The notes under the pieces: model-generated
The model's input: only the letters and a program-made list of their open reading frames with translations
Databases searched by the model: none
What the model was told of the DNA's origin: nothing
Part shown: piece by piece, positions 56,637 to 64,000 of the stretch
Layout of the letters: every line of letters starts with the position of its first letter
Position numbering within the stretch: the first letter of the stretch is position 1
Position numbers and translations under genes: made by a program
Assembly: GCA_026936335.1 (NCBI GenBank)
Contig: JAPMXV010000045.1
Coordinates: 1-64,000, forward strand
Direction of reading: 5' to 3'
Length of the DNA: 64,000 nt
Origin: Mantamonas sphyraenae STR306
Taxonomy: Eukaryota; Protista; CRuMs

Positions 56637-57997
56637 TCATTCCGAGTCGCCTCCGTTCACAAACTCATCCTTCCACGCATCCCAAATCTGTGCGTGGACC
56701 TCGTCGACAGTGAGACGTGTCTGCTCGTCTTCTGAAAGACATGGCTGCACACGCCAGGTGTCGTACTGTTCGCTGCACCATACAAACGTGCTGCGAACAG
56801 CCTCCTTGTACGCGTTCCCTGCCTTTTCGTGCATGTCCAGCTCGTCGCGAGACTGCATTGCGCGCAGGGCATAGTCATGTGGCAAGTCCAGGTACACCAC
56901 TCGGTGGGATGCAGGCAAGCCCAGCCAGTTGACTTCAAACTTGCGCAGCCGTTCCACCATGGCGTGTTTGTCTTCGTCGCTCTCCATCTTGCTGGCCTGA
57001 TGACCCCAGTTGGACTCCATGTACCTGTCCAGCACTACGTTGTGACCTGTGCTCAGCCAGTGCTCCAACAGACGCGCATTGTCGGCCCTGTTGATCGAGT
57101 ACAGCGAGGCAAACAGCAGCGGGTCCACCTCCTTGATCGTACCCTTGTTCCCAGCCAGGATGTCCCGGATCAGAGCCCCAAACTGCGACGCATCGTGGGG
57201 AAAGTCCAGCGTTTGCGCAGGATACCCGCGCTTCCGCAGTGCCGCCACAAGCATGGCCGTCTGTGTCTCCTTGCCCGCTCCATCGCCACCTTCGATGGTA
57301 AACACACGCCCTCGCTCCACCTTGGGTGCCAAAAACGCATCGATGATCGCCTCCATATCGCTTGCGTTTTCGTACTGCTTTGTTGTCAGGAACGGCGACG
57401 TGTGATCAGCCACCAGCTCGCACAGCCCGTCCTGACTCTCCTGCGGGCTATGGGTGTCATGGAAGCACGACACAAGGTGGATGGTGTCATAGGGGGATGT
57501 TTCCATGTGTTGATGTGTGTGTGCGTGCGTGTGTGTAAGCCGACATCCCCTCTGTGCGAAACCCACACACCTCACTGAGCGATCACCCCGTCGTCCACAA
57601 GCGATTCACCCTCGCTCGCCCTCCTGGGAAGCACACAGGCCATCAACACGTACTTGAACAAACACAGAGTTGGGATGCGCACAGTCTCCAGTGCATAGGC
57701 AACTTCCATGCCCACGGCCGTGTCGGCAGAGGAACATTCGGCGACCAGGACGTCTGCCTGCTTGAGCAGAGACAAATTGTGCACCAGTGCCATCTGAGAC
57801 GGGTTGTTGCCCTCGGAGGAGTCGCTTGCGGTCAGCACGTTGGCATGCTTGGCACAGGCGTCGTAGAGAGTACCCGGCACTTGGTCGCGGGTGCTGCCGC
57901 CGGTGCTGGCGGCCAATGACACGCTTGAGGTCAGATACAGCTGACGGACAGCCTGTGAGTTGGAAGAGGAGGAGGAACTCATGGTGCGACGAAACAT
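56637..57997 (-). CDS. Fusion of a DNPH1/Rcl-like (nucleoside 2'-deoxyribosyltransferase fold) domain and thymidylate kinase
   Basis: N-domain QLYLT...LKQADVLVAECSSADTAVGMEVAYAL...PTLCLF. Predicted intron 57448-57653 (GTACGT...catAG) joins in frame to PQESQ...YENASDMEAIIDAFL. TMPK motifs follow: IEGGDGAGKETQ, DFP, LYSINR, LDRYMESN, YLD, DMHE. Confidence 0.8.
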
Positions 57998-58103
57998 GTG
58001 CGCAAGCAAGCGCAAAGAAATCGCGGCTGGCCGCAACTGCACCCCCCACACACACCGCACACTCATTCACCTTGCACTCGCGTGTGCAGCCTCTCTTGCC
58101 AAC

Positions 58104-60052
58104 ATGTCATTCTCCAGCAGTGGCTATGCCGACCGCATCAACTCGGCCTTTGCCGACTTTGCCCCCACGGAGAAGCGCAGCGAGGGCTTTCGTCCGATGG
58201 AGGACGAGCCGGCAGAGGTTGTGGGCAGAGACCCCGAGGACTGGTTCCGAGACCTGCACCAGGCCAAGCTCAAGGTTGTGTCACCCAAGGCCAAGAAGGG
58301 CAAGAAGCGTGACCTGAGTCTGGTCTCGCTGGAAAACTTTGATCCAAGCAGGTACGCCAACGGTCACTCGTGTTGCGTTTGCCTCCACTGTGCCGCCATG
58401 TGTACCCGCACGCTCACTCGGACCACACCCACCTCTCCTTCAGATCACGCAATATCACATCCCCACGCTCCGTCGAGGCCCTCTTGCGCTTGGGCATTGA
58501 TCCGAAGGAGTTGCAGGTGCGTTGGTTGGAGTCAGCTTCGTGGATGTCGTCGCCTGCACGCACGCACGGTGCATGCCACACGTCCACGCCCTCGCTCACA
58601 CACTCTCGTACGTGCACTCTTGCACACACAGAAACACGGCCCTGCTTACTTTCAAGAGACGTTTGGGTACGACGAGGAGGAGGCAAAGGAGGAGGCCGAG
58701 CTGTACGAACGGCGCCGCAGCCGCTTCATGGAGGAAGCCTTGGCTGAACGCAACAAGCTTGTAGAGGGCACCTGGAAGGACTTTGACCAGGAGCTGATGA
58801 AGATGCCGCCTCCAGACGACCCGAATCCAGAGATCCCAGAAGCCATCTTGGAACGCGAGACACGGCAGATGGAAAAGATGGTCCTGCGCGAAAAGGCAGA
58901 TCTCAAGGCAGCCATTGTGGCCGAATACCAGTTGCAGGTGCGCGAGGAGAAGGAACGCGAGGTGGAGCGCAAGCTCAAGGAGCGAGAGGAAAAGAGGAAG
59001 CTGAAGGTGCTCAAGAAGCACGAGGAGGAGGAGGCGAAACGGGTCAAGGTGAGCAAACACATCGAGAGAGATTGCACGGCGCATCTTGTCCTGCACTCGC
59101 TCACACGCATTCCACACACACACACACACACACACTGCAGATCGAAGAACAGCGCAAGGTGGTGGAGCAGGAACTGAAACAGAAGAAGAAGAAGATGGTG
59201 CGCAAGTTAAAGGAAAAGGACCAAGTGGTGGCGGAACTGAAAAAGAAGAAGAAGCGCAAGTGGCAAGAAAAGGCGCTGGAAACAGAGAAGAAGCTTCAGG
59301 TGACGCGTGCTCGTGCAAAGGCCATCCAAGAGCGTTGGGAGGAGGAGGAGCGCAAAAAGTTTGCCCGCAAGCAGAAGCTGGTGGAGGAGCAGGTGGCACG
59401 CAAGTATGAAACAGACGAAGTGAAGTACGAGATGCACAAGGAGGAGCAGCACGAGGCATATGACAGAGTGGTGACGCGCAAGGCAAGGCGGCCTGTCGAA
59501 CAACACCGCATCGAGGTGGTGGAGAACAAGTTGCGGCTGGCAGCAAGCCGTCGCAAGGAACGCGAGGAACGCGAGAAGCAGGAACGCGAGGAGCGAAGGC
59601 GGGAACGGATCATGGAGGAGCGCAAACGCAAGGCGCGGATCCGAGCTGCGGAGAAAGAGCGCGAGGAACGCGCCAAGGTTATCCTGGCCACCCAGGAAGC
59701 GAAAATGGAGGAAAAGACTCGCAAGGTAGAGGAGAAGAAACAGGAGAGTGTGCGCAGGCTGCGCATCAAGAACCAGAAGCGCAAGAAGGAGCTGGCTCGC
59801 AACAGGGTGCGCCTCAAGCGACAGGAAGAGTACAGGCGACAGACACTAGAAACCAAGCTGGAGTTTGACAAACGCAGGGCACAGCGCATCGAGGTCGTCC
59901 AGGCTGCCGAGCTGCGCGAACGCCAGCTGTCGCAAAAGACAAACATCATTCGCCGCGCTGCGCTTAACCAGAGTCTCGACAAGGTGCGTGCTGGCAAGCT
60001 GGGCGACATTCGTGGATTGGACATCGAAGCGTTGGATTTGATTGCGGAATGA
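58104..60052 (+). CDS. Charged coiled-coil protein, CCDC177-like N-terminal motif, multi-exon
   Basis: Spliced SLENFDPS|RSRNITSPRSVEALLRLGIDPKELQ, then long E/K/R heptads (ORFs 57960-59177 and 59072-60052). Confidence 0.65.
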
Positions 60053-60077
60053 AGGATTGCATTTGCTGTGTGTGCGC

Positions 60078-61050
60078 TCAGGCGTCGATGCTCAGCAGAC
60101 GCAACAGAATGCTGTTCTCCATACCCTGGCTGACCCACTCCTCGAGAGTGATCTCCCCGTCGCCGTTCTCGTCCAGCTGCTTCATGATCGACTTTGCGTC
60201 GGCGCTGTTTACATCCTTGCCCTGGTTCTCGGCCGTCTTGAGCAGCTCCTGCATGATCTGCGCCGCCTCGTCCGTCGTGATGGTCCCGCTGTTGTCTTCG
60301 TCGTACAGCTTGAACATCACTGCACACACGTATGCCACGCCACCGATGCGGCACAGTGTCAGCCCTCCCTACTCGCACACAGGTCCACGCTCACAAAAAC
60401 GACGTGTTTGCAACAAAAACCTACTTTCCAGCTTCTCCTCCGCAGAGCCGGTCTCGACCATGGAGAAGGCCATGATGAGCTCCTTGAAGTCCAGCGTGCC
60501 GCTGTTGTCCCGGTCAAACTCCTTGAACAGTCCCTCAAGGATGGGGCCATCGCCCAGTCGCAGGGCAAAGTATTTCTGGCCCACACAATCGAGGAACAAG
60601 AGGGTCAGCGATTTCCAGCTGCCAGCTGCACCCGAACCAGCATTGCACACACGCCCACACCCACCTTGAACTCTTCAAATGTGATGTCGCTGCTCTTGGG
60701 GTGATCCTCGCGGAACATCTCCAGCATCGAGGAGATTTCCTCGTGCGTGTCTGTGGTGTGGCAGCGTAGCACCAAGAAGAAAAAACGGGTGAGGTGGAAA
60801 ACACATCACCCAATGTCCCTGTCGTCAGCCACAGCATGGGGACAGTTCACCCGCCGACCAACTGCACAGCCCAAACACACACTCGTCACCTACACTTTGT
60901 GTTTTCGCTCAGTTCAGCGATATCGTCCTTGCTCAGACCTCCCGATGATTTGTTTCCCTGCACGGAGTTGTGTCAGTGCTCCACACGCATACGCCCACGC
61001 ACACCGCGACGCACGCTGTGAACGCCACACCAACGCATTCAACATACCAT
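60078..61050 (-). CDS. N-myristoylated EF-hand calcium sensor (NCS/frequenin or calcineurin-B-like), 5 exons
   Basis: ATG|intron 60958-61047|GNKSSGGLSKDDIAELSENTK. EF loops DRDNSGTLDFKE, DEDNSGTITTDE and DENGDGEITLEE, plus GSAEEKLE. Confidence 0.9.
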
Positions 61051-61194
61051 GGTTGCTCAAATGCGATCTTGTGGTTGCGATGGGACGGCTCGCGCTCCCA
61101 CTCTCCGATGAAATGCACACGTCATCGGCACGCACATGAGAGACAGAGAACTGGGATACATGTGGGACACAATGGCTGTACATTTCTCTCATCA

Positions 61195-64000
61195 TCATCC
61201 TGCTTCTTCCTCCACGGGCTTCTCCTGGCTCATGGCAGCCACCAGCCACGCGCACACCTCCACGTTGACCACATCGACACCACCCGCCATGTCAAAGATG
61301 CTCTCCAGTGCCTGGATGTTGCTAAGCGTCGGTGACAGCGCAGGCGGATCCACACCTCCGTTCTTCACCTCGCCTTCCTCCAGCAGCAGTGCCTCTGCCT
61401 CCTCCGCACTCAGGTGGAAGGCGTCGTTCAGAAGAGCGCGTAGATTGATCAAACAGGCCATCCACGCCTCTGGGTCGATGCTTCCCTGCTCTTCCTCTTC
61501 CGAAGCTTCCTTGGCATCACCTTCGTCAGCATCCTCGCGGCGGCGACTGCGTCGGCTGCTTCCCTTTTTCTCTGCACTGCGACTTCCAGCCACGCTCTTC
61601 TTCCCACTGCTGCTACTGCTGCTCTTGCCCTTGGCTCGCCTGGGTGACCCGTGTCCCTTGCGCTTCTTGCGTCCCTTGCTTGTGTCGCGTCGCGCAATCC
61701 CTGCCGTCGAGTCTCCATCCAGATCAAACTTAAACTCACGCAGCGTGCTGCGCACCTGCACCACCTCTTCCTGGTTCATCACAACCATGCCCGTGCGTGC
61801 CTCTCGTGTGGACTTGTCTTCTCCGCTGCCACTGCCGCCCTGATCTCCGCTCGCGTCTTGGTCGCCTGTGTTGATCGTCACCCCCTTCCTCTTGGACGAC
61901 CTGCTCGTCTTGCCACCGCTTCCGCCGCCTCCCTCGTTGGGCCCATCCACCATCATCACCACACGCGCCTTGCCTCCACCCTGCCGTCCTGCCTGGCTGC
62001 GTCGCGCCTTGTCCAGTTGCTTCCATGCTTCGTCCTGGCCCATCCACACCGCAAACATCATGCTCACCACACGGGAGCCCTCAAACTTGTCTGTGCGCTT
62101 TGTGGCCGCTTGCCAGAGAGCGTACGAGCGCCACTTGTTTGCTGCGTTGCCCACAAGCTCCTGCATCAGCTTCTTCCCTCGCGCTTCCGCCTCGTCCTCT
62201 CCTCCCACGTCTGTCCCGGCTGCAGCTTGTGCCTGCAGTGCTTTTTCGGCCTCTTGAAGCTGTGTCTCGTCCAGCCTCGGCCGCTCCTCGTGGTACGTTT
62301 GGTACCACTGGACAACCAGACGCCCGACGGGTGCCCGTGCAGCGGTGGCATTCACGCTGGGCATGCGCGTGAGCACAAATCGACGGTCGTACTCTGCCAC
62401 CTGGCTGCGCAGGTAGCGATGCAACTGCAGCAGCTTCACATACACAGTGTCTTTGTCCAGGTCGCTCACTGCCCTTTCGCGCAGCAGCGACAGGAAGTAG
62501 TTCACCAATCGGTTTGTGCTCACTCCCATCGCCTCCCTGGCCGCCTTGCCGCTGCTCTTGCTGCCTTTGCTCTTCTTGCTGGGCGACGCGTGTTGCACCT
62601 CGCTGAAAAAGTCCGGGTTCACACTCTGGTGGTACTCCACCGCGTGGGCAATCTCCACCACGGCAAAGTCCGGCACATCCCCCACGTTGCTGATGAGTGC
62701 ATTGCTTAGCTGTGGTCCCTGCAGACCCAGTGCACGCTGCATGGCAAACACCTCGGCTGCCAACGCCATGTACTGCACCGCCGCGCTGTGGTGTTGGCCG
62801 TGCGACCCGCCCATGGCCACCAGACCATGCACGTACGCCATTTCCATCAGGATTGACCGCACCAGCTGGTGGTCGTGGTGGTCCGCACACACGCACACTT
62901 CCAGCGCCCCCTGCAGCAGACCACGAATCTGTGCCAGCTCCCCAGAGTACTTGGATGCCAACTTGGCCGCCTGCTCCTCGTTCACACGCTCGCTGGCCTG
63001 CATGGAGCCCCATCGCGACAGTGTGCGCCACTCCAACGACGACAGCAGCACGTCGCGCAGGCACTTGGCAATCGAGTACAACACGCTCGCCACCAAATGC
63101 GGCAACGGATACGCAGCCTGCTCCAGCAGCATCCGCGCACGCTGCAAGTACCCAAGTGCAGGTTCCAACAGTTCGATGCCCTGCAGCTGCAGACCAATGC
63201 GCACACACAGCTCCGCCAACAGGTCCAGATGAGGCAGCAGTCGGTTGCGCTCCTTTCCTGCCAGATCGTGGCGTTCCATCAACGCCTCCAGCACGTCTGC
63301 ACCTGCCTTGTAGCTCAGCAGCGCCTCGTTGCTCGAACCCAGATCCAATTGGATGTCGCCCTGCGTCAGAAACAGCCGGGCAAGCACTGCATCGTTGCAG
63401 TGCAGCGCTTGCAGGTCCGGCATGGCCGTTTCAAACAACGCCATGGCCTTGTCGCTGTGTCCCAGGTGCAGATGCATCATCAGACGCAACCTTGTGGCCT
63501 CTCGGCGCAAGACACGCTCGTCCACAGCCGCACACATGCGTTCCACGTCTCCACACAACTGTTCGCACCGCTCCAGGTGGCCCTGGTGGAAGAAACCCAG
63601 ACACAAACGCAGCTGCGAACGGATCCACCACAACACATGCACTTGCAACCTTTCGCCCTTTTTCTTGGCATCGTACGCCGTCTGTGCACTCGTTTGTGTC
63701 ACTTCCCCTTCCGAGCCGCTCACACGGCGCATGGCGTCCTGCACATGCTCCATGCTTTCGCTGTACTGCGACTCCAGCACCTCCAACTCCGCCAGTGCGC
63801 TTTGCGCCTCTGCGTACGTGTACACACGCAATGGTGTGCGTGCTCCTTTGTCCACGCTGCCCACCAGCTCCTCCAACAGACGCCGGCACTCCTGCGCAAG
63901 CATGTCCATCGTGTCGTCCCACTCCACAAGTCCCAAATCACGTCCACTGTTGCCGCTGCCGCCGCTTCCATCGCCACCGCCTCCTCCACTGCCAGAGGCC
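61195..64000 (-). CDS. 3' part of a large TPR-like helical protein (possibly CFAP54-like), 5'-truncated by the window
   Basis: 913-aa ORF whose frame stays open to the window edge, with amphipathic TPR-like helices (ARLFLTQGDIQLDLGSSNEALLSYKAG). The family assignment is tentative. Confidence 0.6.
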   Translation of the reverse strand, partial: ASGSGGGGGDGSGGSGNSGRDLGLVEWDDTMDMLAQECRRLLEELVGSVDKGARTPLRVYTYAEAQSALAELEVLESQYSESMEHVQDAMRRVSGSEGEVTQTSAQTAYDAKKKGERLQVHVLWWIRSQLRLCLGFFHQGHLERCEQLCGDVERMCAAVDERVLRREATRLRLMMHLHLGHSDKAMALFETAMPDLQALHCNDAVLARLFLTQGDIQLDLGSSNEALLSYKAGADVLEALMERHDLAGKERNRLLPHLDLLAELCVRIGLQLQGIELLEPALGYLQRARMLLEQAAYPLPHLVASVLYSIAKCLRDVLLSSLEWRTLSRWGSMQASERVNEEQAAKLASKYSGELAQIRGLLQGALEVCVCADHHDHQLVRSILMEMAYVHGLVAMGGSHGQHHSAAVQYMALAAEVFAMQRALGLQGPQLSNALISNVGDVPDFAVVEIAHAVEYHQSVNPDFFSEVQHASPSKKSKGSKSSGKAAREAMGVSTNRLVNYFLSLLRERAVSDLDKDTVYVKLLQLHRYLRSQVAEYDRRFVLTRMPSVNATAARAPVGRLVVQWYQTYHEERPRLDETQLQEAEKALQAQAAAGTDVGGEDEAEARGKKLMQELVGNAANKWRSYALWQAATKRTDKFEGSRVVSMMFAVWMGQDEAWKQLDKARRSQAGRQGGGKARVVMMVDGPNEGGGGSGGKTSRSSKRKGVTINTGDQDASGDQGGSGSGEDKSTREARTGMVVMNQEEVVQVRSTLREFKFDLDGDSTAGIARRDTSKGRKKRKGHGSPRRAKGKSSSSSSGKKSVAGSRSAEKKGSSRRSRRREDADEGDAKEASEEEEQGSIDPEAWMACLINLRALLNDAFHLSAEEAEALLLEEGEVKNGGVDPPALSPTLSNIQALESIFDMAGGVDVVNVEVCAWLVAAMSQEKPVEEEAG

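Noticed and set aside
1-64000. tRNA, rRNA or CRISPR features
   Set aside because: None recognised by eye, and intergenic space is minimal. A tRNAscan/Infernal run would be needed to exclude small RNAs.

Overview
Left end of a chromosome from a compact, GC-rich, intron-containing unicellular eukaryote (organism not identifiable from the sequence alone). A (CCCTAA)n telomere (1-142) is followed after only ~270 bp by about 20 tightly packed genes: an orphan repeat-domain protein, a low-complexity protein, LRR-ankyrin, USP47-like deubiquitinase, Qb-SNARE, GH38 alpha-mannosidase, Vps24, a Rad21/Rec8 kleisin, a PLAT-domain protein, a SMAP-domain protein, lipin, a ~4,950-aa RNF213/mysterin-like AAA+/RZ-finger ligase, two divergent half-size ABCA transporters, XPD, SLBP, a DNPH1-like/thymidylate kinase fusion, a coiled-coil protein, a myristoylated EF-hand sensor and a partial helical-repeat protein. 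The standout is an intronless 1,813-aa ORF (43984-49425, minus) lying between the two ABCA genes. Its C-terminus has all three RuvC catalytic motifs and the Zn finger of Fanzor/TnpB RNA-guided nucleases, but it is roughly two to three times the usual Fanzor size and has no transposase nearby. Other notable items are the RING-less RNF213-like gene (start codon apparently split by an intron, 49 bp head-to-head with lipin), the DNPH1-TMPK fusion, and a telomere-anchored C/G strand skew. Family assignments come from motif recognition, and exon structures were inferred by eye from GT-AG signals and frame continuity. No database searches were run.
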